From the NCBI GenBank assembly GCA_043228905.1, contig JBHGNT010000007.1:1674001-1738000 (forward strand): a DNA stretch of 64,000 nucleotides, read 5' to 3'. A model generated the notes under the pieces. It was not told the origin of the DNA. It saw only the letters and a list, made by a program, of their open reading frames with translations, and did no database searches. This DNA comes from Azolla caroliniana. Taxonomy: Eukaryota > Plantae > Polypodiophyta. Each line of letters opens with the position of its first letter. The first letter of the stretch is position 1. Made by a program: the position numbers and the translations under genes. Below are positions 12,859 through 23,292 of the stretch, in pieces.

Positions 12859-15800
12859 TTAAAGACGACGAGTGGAACGAGTCGGCGCTAATTGCGGACC
12901 GGGTTTGTCCGGATACTTTCGGTGGAAATCAGCAAGAAGATCTTGTGCATTGGCAACATTCTCGACGGGTTCCCAAGTACGTTCGCTCGGACTATAACCG
13001 AGCCAATCGACCAAGTAATAAAGTTTGTTGCGAACAAGTTTGGAATCGAGGATGGCAGCAACTTCATACTCCAGGCCGGCGTCCAACTCCAGGGGGGGTG
13101 GCGGTGGTGTCACACGATCGGGAATGGTGTTTGCTTTATAAGGTTCAAGAAGAGAACAATGGAAAACCGGATGTATCTGAAGCTGCGGAGGGAGATCCAG
13201 GCGGAAGGTGACATCATTAATCTTCCCCGTAATACGGAAAGGACCGAGTCGTCGATAATCCAACTTGTCGCACGGTCGAGTAGTCTTGATGTGACGACGT
13301 AAGAGCCATACTCGATCTCCGATGGCAAAAGAGGAGGGAATCCGATGACGATCCGCATAAGTCTTCTGTGTGTGTTGAGCATGACGAAGGTGAGTAGAGA
13401 GATCCATCTGGATCTTGCGTAGCCTCTCCAAATGGTCCTCGGCACGAGGGTTGGTAGGTAGCTCCGGAGTGTCGATCACCGACCAGCGAGGATGGAAACC
13501 GGTATAAGCGAGAAATGGGGAGACCCGAGTCGAGGAGTGAATAGCATTATTATACGCAAACTCCGCAAAGTGGAGAATCTCGGCCCAATCGTCCTGTTGA
13601 TAACTCAGGAAACACCGGAGATATTGCTCCAACGTTTGGTTTGTTCGTTCCGCCTGTCCGTCAGTTTGAGGATGGTAGCCGGAGGAGAGGTTGCAGGAGA
13701 CCTTGAGCATCCTGAAGAGATGCTGCCAAAATTTGGAGACAAATTGCGGGCCTCGGTCACTGATAATACTGTCTGGTAGGCCATGATGCCGAAATACCTC
13801 ACGCATAACAAGAGCGGCGGTTTCCTCGCTAGTGATGGCTTTAGTACATGGCACAAAATGTGCCATCTTCGTATATCGATCGACGACGGTTAGGATAGCA
13901 TCGAACCCCTTCGAGACCGGCAGATCTGTAATAAAATCAAGACAAATAGACTGCCATGGCTTACTTGGAATTGGTAAAGGTTCCAACAAGCCATATGGAT
14001 GGTGTCGTGGCATCTTTGCTCGGCAGCAAGCATCACAGGTCCGAACGTAGTCGTCGACAAAACGGCGCATGTGGGGCCACCAAAAAGATCGCTGCACTAA
14101 CTCCAACGTCTTGGTACTACCAAAATGTCCCGCCGTATGGGTGTCGTGACAATGTTGGACGATTTGAAGGCGACAGGAGCAATCGGGGACATATACGCGC
14201 TTTTTAAAGAATAACAAACCATCATGATATTCGAATTGTCGGTAGTCAATACCTGGTTGTTGAGACTGAGAACAGGATGCCCGAGAAGTATCAATGTGCG
14301 CCAGGATGTCTTGAGCAAAACTATCCGTCTTCAAGGTTGCACGTATGTCATCAGTAATCCGTGAATCCATCGGGGTGTGAAAAATCCGCGTCGTGTGCAA
14401 TCGTGTTGGTCCCAAGATTACTTGCTTTTGATTATCAAATGTTGCGTCACCAGGACGAGGTGCAAGATATGAACGACGTGATAGTGCATCTGCTTTTCCT
14501 TGCTGCTTCCCCGGTCGATATGTGATTTCGAAGTTGAAACGCGTGAGGAATTGCGCCCACCGAGCTTGCCGTCGATTTAGTACGCGAGCGTTCTGAAAAT
14601 AAGCAAGATTTTTATGATCGCTAAAGACAATGACCTGATGTGGAGAGCCCTCTAAGAAATGCCGCCATTGTACAAATGAATCCACGATGGCTAATAACTC
14701 CTTGTCATGTATTTCGTAGTTGATTTCTGCGACATTGAATTTACGCGAATGGAAAGCCACCGGATGCAACTCTTCTTTATCGCCTTGTTGAGAAAGGATG
14801 CTACCGAGGGCGAAATCTGATGCGTCGGCCTCCATGATGAATGGTTTGCTTGTATCCACATGAGCTAGAATCGGTGCTGATGTAAAGGCTTTCTTAAGAT
14901 GCCGAAAAGCCATATCTGCTTCGATGGACCAAAGAAATGCTTGGCCCTTCTTCGTAAGTTGTGTGAGAGGTAAAATAATCTTCGAGTAATCCTGTATAAA
15001 CTTACGGTAGAAGTTAGCAAAGCCTAGAAAACATTGTACATCTCGTACCGACCGTGGAATTTGCCACTCTAGTACAGTTTGGATTTTAGCTGGATCCATG
15101 GCGATGCCCTTTGAGGAGATGACGTAGCCTAGAAATTCCACTTGCTTGCAGTCAAAGCTACATTTCTCTAGCTTGGCATAAAGACCATTCTCGCGGAGTC
15201 GCTTTAGTACTAATAGTACATGAGAATCGTGCTCTTCCTGGGTCTTCGAATAAATCAACAGATCATCCAGATAAATGATCAAACAGATATCCAAGAGGTC
15301 TCTGAATATATCATTTGCCATGTGTTGGAAGACTGCGGGTGCATTGGTTAGGCCAAACGGCATAACAGTATACTCGAAATGCCCATACCGCGTGCGAAAA
15401 GCGGTCTTCCACTCATCTCCCGGTCGGATCCGCACGAGATTATACGCTCCTCGTAGGTCGATTTTAGTAAAAAACTTGGCACCATTAACTCGCTCTAAAA
15501 GACTTGATATAAGAGGAAGTGCATACCTATTCCGGATGGTGACTTTATTCAATCCGCGGTAATCAACGACAAGACGAAGTGAGCCATCTTTCTTCTTGAC
15601 AAAGAAGATGGGTGCACCGGCCGGAGATTTCGAATGACGGATGAACCCGCTTGCCAAGTTCTCCTCTATGTAGGCTCGAAGGACTTCTAACTCGGTGGGT
15701 GACAAATTGTAAATTGGTCCCCATGGTGGCTCGGTTCCTGGTTGTAAATCGATGGGACAGTCATAGGGACGGTGATGAGGAAGGGTACCGGCTTTTACCT

Positions 15801-16431
15801 TGTCAAATACATCGGCATAAGGATGATATTTTGCCGGAAGTTGTATTGAGGAGTCCTTCTTAATAGTGCTAGAAGGATGTACTGATATGGCAAATAGGAA
15901 CATTGCCTCCTTGGGTCCTTCTTCGCGTAGTTGATGGAGTGAAATGGTCGAAACTCGGTGAGTTGATTCTTGGGGTGGTCGATATCGGACTTCTCTTGTT
16001 CTCCAATCTATGGCTGGATTATGTAATTCAAGCCAAGGTAATCCTAGGACAATGGGATGCTCTGGACTACTAATTATATTAAATGATATTATACACACAA
16101 AACTACCTAGGACAACTTGAATGGGTTCTGATTCTTCTACAATATTCCCGGAAGCAATGGGACGACCATCAATGACCACTACAGATGCGGGACAAGGAAG
16201 TTTTCTTAAGGATATCTGAGAAGCTTGGGCAAAATTTCGATCCATGAAACAGGAATTAGCTCCGGAATCTAAAAGTGCTAGGACGGGTACTGGGGGAGTA
16301 CTTTTAGTACTAACAATGACTTGGGCTAGGAACACATTGCTAACTTGCTTGGAAGGAATGGAACCACTAATGGGCTGTACAGATCTAGGGCTGCTGTCCA
16401 ACCAAATGGCTCCTATTTTGGCTGGACTCAA
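12859..16431 (-). CDS. Chromovirus Pol (protease, RT, RNase H, integrase, chromodomain), probably expressed as a Gag-Pol -1 frameshift fusion
   Basis: ALLDSGAN (protease), YLDD (RT), ADASDFA/ADALSR (RNase H), H..H..C..C, SDRG and GQAE (integrase), LGPFRI, and chromodomain EYEVAAIL..YYLVDWLGY..TWEP. 1190 aa open; the listed start is a TTG. Confidence 0.93.
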   Translation of the reverse strand: MSPAKIGAIWLDSSPRSVQPISGSIPSKQVSNVFLAQVIVSTKSTPPVPVLALLDSGANSCFMDRNFAQASQISLRKLPCPASVVVIDGRPIASGNIVEESEPIQVVLGSFVCIISFNIISSPEHPIVLGLPWLELHNPAIDWRTREVRYRPPQESTHRVSTISLHQLREEGPKEAMFLFAISVHPSSTIKKDSSIQLPAKYHPYADVFDKVKAGTLPHHRPYDCPIDLQPGTEPPWGPIYNLSPTELEVLRAYIEENLASGFIRHSKSPAGAPIFFVKKKDGSLRLVVDYRGLNKVTIRNRYALPLISSLLERVNGAKFFTKIDLRGAYNLVRIRPGDEWKTAFRTRYGHFEYTVMPFGLTNAPAVFQHMANDIFRDLLDICLIIYLDDLLIYSKTQEEHDSHVLLVLKRLRENGLYAKLEKCSFDCKQVEFLGYVISSKGIAMDPAKIQTVLEWQIPRSVRDVQCFLGFANFYRKFIQDYSKIILPLTQLTKKGQAFLWSIEADMAFRHLKKAFTSAPILAHVDTSKPFIMEADASDFALGSILSQQGDKEELHPVAFHSRKFNVAEINYEIHDKELLAIVDSFVQWRHFLEGSPHQVIVFSDHKNLAYFQNARVLNRRQARWAQFLTRFNFEITYRPGKQQGKADALSRRSYLAPRPGDATFDNQKQVILGPTRLHTTRIFHTPMDSRITDDIRATLKTDSFAQDILAHIDTSRASCSQSQQPGIDYRQFEYHDGLLFFKKRVYVPDCSCRLQIVQHCHDTHTAGHFGSTKTLELVQRSFWWPHMRRFVDDYVRTCDACCRAKMPRHHPYGLLEPLPIPSKPWQSICLDFITDLPVSKGFDAILTVVDRYTKMAHFVPCTKAITSEETAALVMREVFRHHGLPDSIISDRGPQFVSKFWQHLFRMLKVSCNLSSGYHPQTDGQAERTNQTLEQYLRCFLSYQQDDWAEILHFAEFAYNNAIHSSTRVSPFLAYTGFHPRWSVIDTPELPTNPRAEDHLERLRKIQMDLSTHLRHAQHTQKTYADRHRIPSSFAIGDRVWLLRRHIKTTRPCDKLDYRRLGPFRITGKINDVTFRLDLPPQLQIHPVFHCSLLEPYKANTIPDRVTPPPPPLELDAGLEYEVAAILDSKLVRNKLYYLVDWLGYSPSERTWEPVENVANAQDLLADFHRKYPDKPGPQLAPTRSTRRL

Positions 16432-17585
16432 TCGTTTAACTCTTCATCTAATTGACTAAGGATTTCAAATTTATTTGAGATACTTGGGCTATTAGTACTA
16501 TGGATACTATCTGACACTCTATTAGTACTATTAATACTATCAGACACTCCGAAGGGAAGAATTGACTCGGGTTTAGTACAGGCGACGATTTGATTTACCT
16601 GTCTTCTTGGCCTATGGGGACAATTGATGGCGATATGTCCTGGTCCACCGCAATAAAGACATAATCGATTGGCACGTCGTCGTTGCTTTTCTTCTTCCGA
16701 TAACGGGCCGCGTCGACGCATGGTATCGATCTCCATCGGTGTCGAAGTATTTGCTTGAGGTATGTCTCGTGCAAACGGTTTAGCCGCGACTGCGGCGTAA
16801 GTGGGCTCTGGCCTAGAGCGTGGTATCTGTAATTGACGTTCTGAACGCCGTTCAAAAAGGCGGTTGTCACATCGAACTGCTCGACTGATTGCCTCCGTAA
16901 GAGACTTTGGTTCTTCGGGGAAAGTTAGAAGTAGATCTTTGACATCGTTTCGCAAGCCATAGCGAAACTGCTCCATTAGTGCTTGATCATCCCAGGGTAT
17001 ATCTGAAGCAAGTAGGCGGAAATCCGCCGCGTAGGCAGAGGCTGGACGATCGCCTTGACGCAATCGCCGGATCTTGTTGATCGCCGTCCTGATGCTGTCG
17101 GTGTCTCCAAAGCAGGCTTTAAACTCACCAATAAAATCTTCAAAGTTATTAAGTAAGGGTGATTGTTTTTCTAGAAGCGGAGCAAACCATGCCAAGGCTG
17201 AGCCGCTAAGTAGCGTGCCTATTAGGCCGACTCGAGATGCATCAGTGGGATATCGGGAAGGATGCATCTGGATGACTAAGCGTACCTGATTAAGGAATCC
17301 CCGGAATTGCGAACGCGTTCCATCAAATTTCACAGGAAGTCCAATCTTGGGCTCTTTATGAAATCCTTGGGGACTGGATCCTTGTTGTTGCAACGCTGCT
17401 TCGAGTTGTTGTACCCGTAACGCTAACTCCCCATGTTGTTGTTGCGTTTGTTGTTTTTCTAGAGCGATTTGTTGCAGATCCCCTATCAGCCGTTGGTTTT
17501 CTTGTTCCAGGGCAACAAACTTTTCTTTTAGGCACTGTAGCTCGGAGAAAACGGATTGGTATTCTTGGGCGCTAACAGTAGCCAT
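16428..17585 (-). CDS. Chromovirus Gag (N-terminal coiled coil, capsid, CCHC zinc knuckle)
   Basis: EPKIGLPVKFDGTRSQFRGF, LRQGDRPASAY..F, PMEID, CLYCGGPGHIAINC. 385 aa from ATG. Confidence 0.93.
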   Translation of the reverse strand: MATVSAQEYQSVFSELQCLKEKFVALEQENQRLIGDLQQIALEKQQTQQQHGELALRVQQLEAALQQQGSSPQGFHKEPKIGLPVKFDGTRSQFRGFLNQVRLVIQMHPSRYPTDASRVGLIGTLLSGSALAWFAPLLEKQSPLLNNFEDFIGEFKACFGDTDSIRTAINKIRRLRQGDRPASAYAADFRLLASDIPWDDQALMEQFRYGLRNDVKDLLLTFPEEPKSLTEAISRAVRCDNRLFERRSERQLQIPRSRPEPTYAAVAAKPFARDIPQANTSTPMEIDTMRRRGPLSEEEKQRRRANRLCLYCGGPGHIAINCPHRPRRQVNQIVACTKPESILPFGVSDSINSTNRVSDSIHSTNSPSISNKFEILSQLDEELND

Positions 17586-17640
17586 AGTATAGGGGAAAGG
17601 GTAGGAGGATGAGGGAGAGTGACAAGTAGGCTAGAGGAAA

Positions 17641-17652
17641 AAATTGGTTCAA
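17641..17652 (-). promoter_or_regulatory. Self-priming PBS (non-tRNA)
   Basis: TTGAACCAATTT lies 2 nt after the 5' LTR and has no TGG start. It is the exact complement of AAATTGGTTCAA in the LTR (minus strand, 17866-17855), 33 nt downstream of TATAAAA (17899-17893). Confidence 0.8.
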
Positions 17653-17654
17653 AC

Positions 17655-18077
17655 TGTCAGGAATAGTACTAAAACAGAGATGGAATTAGTACTAAGAAGA
17701 GTAGTACTATTAGTACTAAGAGGACGGGACTGCGTAAGATTCCCGAGAGAGAGAAAGTGAGAAGAGGAGAGAGAGAGGGAAATAAGATGATGACAGCAGC
17801 TCTTATATTATATGAAAGATAAGTACAAATCGACTAAGAGGCTTAAGACTGGTGTTGAACCAATTTGGTTCAACATAATGCCTAGTGCCCTCTTTTATAG
17901 TGTTTTCAGGAGTAATCCTGAAGCTTCTAGAATGTTCCAGAGAAATCTGGAATATACACTAATTTCCTATAATAAAATGTAAATGAAAATAATATCCTAC
18001 GTATTACAATACATGATCTAATGGTAAGAGCTCGACCCATGTAGCATAAAGTCATGGGTTCGAGTCTTGCCATGACA
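17655..18077 (-). repeat. 5' LTR of the chromovirus
   Basis: Direct repeat of 12425-12847. Confidence 0.95.
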
Positions 18078-18082
18078 GGTTT

Positions 18083-19236
18083 TCGGATGTCGCCATAAAT
18101 ATCCTTCATGCAAGAAGAACTTATGGGCTTTCTTGCAAAACTGTGCGAACTCTTTTCCAGATCGACCTTTGTACTTGTTAGGGGTTTGTAGGTATTTCCC
18201 TATTTCCTTGAATTCTTCTTCACACTCCTCTTCTAGAAATTGCATTCCTCCTTCCCGGGTAATGCTTGTGGTAAGGACTCTTTGCTCTTTGTCCTCATCG
18301 TCCGAGTCTGGAATCTCCTCTTCCTCATACCTTGCTCTTGATAACATATCTGCTACTGCATTTCTATTCCCAGAGATATGTCGAACTTCAGGGTTGATTG
18401 ATCTAATATAGATACACCCTCTTAACATGGCTTGATCTAGAATATCACAATTAGCTATGATACCAAGAATAGGCAAACAATCTGTTTTTATTATTACTTC
18501 AGCACCAATTAAGTAATCTCTATCTGTCTTAACTGTTGTTACTACCCCCCATAGCTCTCTTTTGACCTGTGCATATTTTCTTTGTCGACCACTGAGAACC
18601 TTTGCCCCGAATTGGACTGGATACCTTTCTTCCCTATCTTGTTGGCTTATCACCCATCCAAGCCCTTTTCACCTCCTCCAAGTCTTCGGTAAGTCCACTC
18701 GGACCATTCTGATCTTCTAGAAGCATTCCCAAGTTCTTCCTGTCTTTAATATTAGTAGCTTGTAGAAACAATATTACTCTATCTGGCATTATTATATTTC
18801 TATCTCTAACATTGATTTGCTCAAATCTTTCTTAAAACTCTTTTAACACTTCCAAAACACTTAAATGTTTATCAAACTCTACCCAATCCATGAAAGCTCG
18901 CCTTGTCATCCTTGACATATCGTTGAGGTTGTATTCATTCATTAATGCTCTTTCAAATGTTGTCCATGTCCAATTCTCCCTCTAGACCTCTTGGATCCTC
19001 TCTTGTAGCCCAATCGCAGCGGCTCGACTAAAGCTATTAATTTTTGCAGCTTCGTCGACATCATGTTTAAGCATTTCTTCATTGTAAATCTTCAGAAATC
19101 TTGCTAAATTTATACCTTCGAAGATTCCTACTCGAGCAAGAATATTGTTGATGGCTTTGTCGATGCTTGCCATCATACCTTGCTCTCGCATCATTCGTTC
19201 CACCATCGTACACATTAGCCTCATTTGCTCCTCCAT
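18083..19236 (-). pseudogene. Gag remnant joined directly to RNase H of the Trp-primed gypsy element
   Basis: RVGIFEGINLARFLKIY (gag, cf. 50379-51212), then GWVISQ..FGAKVLS..KRELWG..TDCLP..NAVADMLSR (RNase H). No protease or RT in between. Confidence 0.75.
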
Positions 19237-19253
19237 TTCTCCTTGTCGCCGCC

Positions 19254-19271
19254 TTCACATCGGGTTCACCA
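19254..19271 (-). promoter_or_regulatory. PBS complementary to the 3' end of plant tRNA-Trp
   Basis: TGGTGAACCCGATGTGAA, 4 nt from the LTR. Matches 17/18 to the recalled plant tRNA-Trp end TTCACGTCGGGTTCACCA. Confidence 0.75.
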
Positions 19272-19468
19272 AATGTGTCGAGGTAGTTGTGGTTCGTGCG
19301 GCGAAGTCACAGGGACTAAGGTTAAGGGGAGTTGAAGGAACTTTTATAAGGCTTGCGCACAAATGTTAGGAAGATTAAGGATAAAAAGAATAAGAGTTTA
19401 AAGTAATGTGTGTGTGAGAGAGAGAGAGACGAGTATAGATAAAAGATAGAGACAATGTATGATTCAAG

Positions 19469-21435
19469 CTGGATGCACCTCTGTAAAAGGCACTCATTCC
19501 AAGGATCCATTGTTGTTCAAAGTCTAGGACTGCCATCACTACTTTTAGGAAATCCCATGAAATCCTGTCATATGCTTTTTCGAAGTTGAGTAGCATTACT
19601 GCTAGGTTCACTTCTTGCTCCTCCGCCCATGCTAAGTATTCCCAGAATGTTATCACATTGTCAACAATGCTCCGGTTTTCTAGGAAGCCAGTTTGCATTG
19701 TATGTATAATGTCCCCAAGCACCATTTTCAATCTGTTAGTTACGACTTTGGCCATTATCTTATATGCATTGGTGAGAATTGTCAATGGTCGCCAATTATC
19801 AAGTGTTGTTAGTTCTTTACCAACCTTGGGTATTAAATAAATCATGCCTCTACACATTGTTGTGGGCATTAATCCTTCTACCATAATGTATTGCATCCCT
19901 GCCAACATGTCATCCTTAATTAGATCCCAATATTGGATGTAAAAGTATATAGGAAGTCCATCAATTCATGCACAACTTTGTTTGTTCATATCCCCAATAG
20001 CATCCCACAATTCATGCATACCTATAGGGGTATTTAGTTGGTCCATCATCTGAGTTGTAACTTTCCTTGGTATCCTATTTATTATATTTTTGAAGGCAAC
20101 CTGATCAATCAATTCCTCATTGCATACACTTAGTAGTTGAGTATAATAGCTTGTGGCTATTTCAAGCATTTCCTCTTTGCATGTGGTCATTGTGCCATCT
20201 ATATTTTTTAAACACGAAGGTTGAATCCCGGATCCTTTGCATTTAACAGCTTCAAATAATCCTTTAGTAACCTAATCTCCTACCCTCATCCAGCTTGCTG
20301 CCTTACTTCGATAGGCATAGGTACTCCTAAGTTTTTGGTACATCTCTAATTTGCTTTTGGCCTCCTCTAGTCGAGCCTCAATCCATACATTATGTGGGTA
20401 TAATTCTCTTAGTCTTTGCATAGAAGCGAGTGACCATTGCATTCTCTGCATTCTCTGCATTTTCTCCCTTATCTCTTTTCTAATTTCAATCGCTTTATGT
20501 TGAAAAAAACCTACACATGCCTCAAGTTTCTCAGCCAGCCTATGAGCAAGGTCAAGGTACCTCCATTTGATATTAGACCATATTTTCCGTATATCATCGG
20601 TCCAATTAGTATCCATAACCAATTCCTTGCATACCTTCACATTATGTGGCTTGCAACGATTGTTTTCTTGTATGTGCAACAGAACTGGGGCATGATCAGA
20701 GAACATTGTACCCAGACAAATAATGCATCTGCCTTTCCTATCCATGAGTCAGGGGTCCAAATACCATCTATCCAACCTGAACATCGTCCGCTTATGCACA
20801 CTTCCTCCTACTCTAGAGTATCAAAGAGATTTTTATTTTTGCATTTGAAAGTTCAGTGCATTCCAACAATCTAACACATTATATGCTAAACAAAACTTAT
20901 CCCATGCATACTTCTTCGCCCCCTGCATCGTGCCATTTGCATTGCCTCTTCTATCTTCTGGATGCTCCACCATATTAAAGTCTCCTCCAATGATCCACAA
21001 CTCAGCATCTGGTTTCTTGGCCACTAATTGCAACCAGAATTCTTGTCTTTCAGCATCTGAATTTGGGGCATATATGTTCAGTATGCTCAGGTGCCCACAA
21101 CTATGTTTTATCCTTATGTAGACAGCACGACCCTCAATTAAACTCCTCCTACATGTACAATCAACAATAAACTTAGCTTTCATAGCTATAAGTACTCCCC
21201 CCTGAATTTGCCTATCCCCCGTAACTACTGACCATGTATTGGTCCAGTTCCCAGTGCAAATGCTTCCAATTTTATTCATCTTATCCTCATCTAGATGGTG
21301 CTCCTGCACCAAGATAATATCAGGCACCACTGCCTCAGTGCAACGCTAGATTTCAACAGCCAATACATTCTTTTTCATCTGGAATTGAGTGCCACCAATT
21401 CCTTGTATATTCCAAGTTAGCAAGCTAAGATTCAT
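19469..21435 (-). pseudogene. LINE ORF2, 5' part (APE endonuclease and RT N-terminal half)
   Basis: MNLSLLTWNIQG (ATG at 21435), LVQEH, NIYAPN, GGDFN, SDH, NWRPLTIL, QTGF, NFEKAYDRISW. Stops and frameshifts. Confidence 0.88.
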
Positions 21436-21449
21436 ATAACCTGCACCTT

Positions 21450-23292
21450 CTAAGGCCCGGCCAATGCATTTTCTGCTTCCAATATGGTAGCTAATATCCT
21501 ATCTTGGAGATTTTCCTCGTCCAAATGTGTCAGCATTTCAAGGATGTACACCATGAATTCCGTGAACAATTTAGGAATCTTCCTAAATTCCACATTTATG
21601 TAGCATATGCCTTGTTCATCACCTTGCCCGAACTCCAGATCAAGGCATCTTTCCATCGTCTTTTCATTTTCATCCCTATTGCAGTACCATATGATGAGTC
21701 TACATGAACATCCATTTGTTGTTCCAAACATCCAAGTGCTTCTTCTCTACTATGTGGTTCCCTATTTCCCAAGGCCAAAATATAGGACAAACCAGTGATC
21801 CATCCTTCGTCAATACATTTACCATATATATTGACTCTACATATGATGTCCTTCTTCATCTCACTTCCACATATTTCCACTTTTTGCCTGTTAGTTTTAG
21901 TTTGTTCTGTTGCCCAGTATTCGAGAAGGGGGTAGCCTTGTATTCAAGATTCCAATTCACTCTTGGCCATTTACGCAGCCCTTTATTTTTTTCCTTCCCC
22001 TTCACATCCTCTTTTCTAGCATGCATGTGCCTTTTCATTTTTGCTATCCCCTTAATATAATGGGTTGTCACCAATGACTTAGCTTGCTCTTTCAAGGGGC
22101 TTATGACTTTTCCTACCTCATCCATACTTTCATGAAACATCTGGGCAATATCATCCCCTACCAAGTTGTCTTCTTGTTGTAGTTTCTCCATATCCTTAAT
22201 TGCTTCCACATTATTGCTCTCATGAGTTGCCTTCGTTCTTGCTTCCCTTTCATTAGGTTTGTTTTCATTGTCCTCTAAGGTTAAGAGCGCGTATTTGTTT
22301 CTAAGTGGGAGCCATTCTTGTCCGACCATGACTTTTTGTTTGCCTTTATAGGTGTTATATTTCCATCCATCTTCATTATTACTCATTGCATGGTTTATTT
22401 GTTGATTATTCTGTTGCATCAGGCTTGTTTTGCTTTTCCATCCTTGCTTCCCATTTCCATGCTGCATGTTCTCCTTTCCTCTAGGCCATTCTCGGGCCCT
22501 ATGCCCCATCTATCTACATGCAAAGCATTGCCCTGGGAGTCCCGCATATTCCACAGTTTGTACATGGTCAGACATTTGTTTACTGCTCAACAACATCGAT
22601 TGCGGTAAGGTCTTTACGTCCGAAACAATTAGTTTGATCCTCGGTGTTTCACTTATTCTCTCAGCAAGAGTTTTTTCTAGGCATTGCCCTCCCATACTTT
22701 TGCCAATGGTTGGGAGAAAGGATTCCCATTGCTTAGGTAAACCAGGGAAAAAGGTTGTTACCATTGTAGGATTGCCTATACAAGCATCAGCTTTACACAT
22801 GTCAAAGTCTGCATCCCAATTGAATACATAGGCTCTCACATTGTGCCAAATAAGTGGGCTGCTCTTGACAATTTTTCATATATTCGTTTCCGGCATCACT
22901 ATAACATGGTAGAACCCCTTTCCCATAAATGCAATGTCCTTCAATCTACCAAGGTCTTCTTGTAGATAGCTTTGCAGCCAGCCACACAACATTGCTCTAT
23001 TGGGTCGACCACCCACCACTTTTACCACAACGGATTCACATTTAAAACATGTTAATTCACTCTCCATAACGCATTCTTCTTCCGGGGAGAGAACAAAGGC
23101 TCCCATTGCATGCATCGAGGGACCATTTTGATTGTCCACCCCTTGTATTTCCTGTTCTGTTTCAGCATCAATGCGATTAAATAGATGTTCATGACATACT
23201 TGTGTCCCATTGATGTCCAGATAGTTTGGGGATGATGTTCGTGCATGCTCTGAAGCAACCGAGTCGTTGTTCGAAGATCCCTCAGCTGTCAT
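21450..23292 (-). pseudogene. LINE ORF1 (DUF4283/RRM-like region and zinc knuckle), disrupted
   Basis: VVVKVVGGRP..MGKGFYHV, FFPGLP..IGKSMG, and degenerate CCHC CFACR*MGHRAREWP, directly upstream of ORF2. Confidence 0.75.

Larger units (their letters stand above)
12425..18077 (-). mobile_element. Intact, very young Ty3/gypsy chromovirus (Tcn1/Tf1-sushi-like)
   Basis: 423-bp LTRs (12425-12847, 17655-18077) differ at a single position (12500 T vs 17730 C). TG..CA ends, 5-bp TSD GGTTT (12420-12424, 18078-18082), PPT AAGGAGGAGATAG (12848-12860), open gag and pol. Confidence 0.95.
10406..19468 (-). mobile_element. Non-chromoviral Ty3/gypsy LTR retrotransposon with a tRNA-Trp PBS; internally deleted, 5' LTR truncated
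   Basis: 3' LTR 10406-11225 (TG..CA), PPT AGAGGGGGTGGG at 11226-11237, 5' LTR remnant 19276-19468, PBS 19254-19271. Gag, RNase H and integrase fragments are present; protease and RT are absent. Confidence 0.85.
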
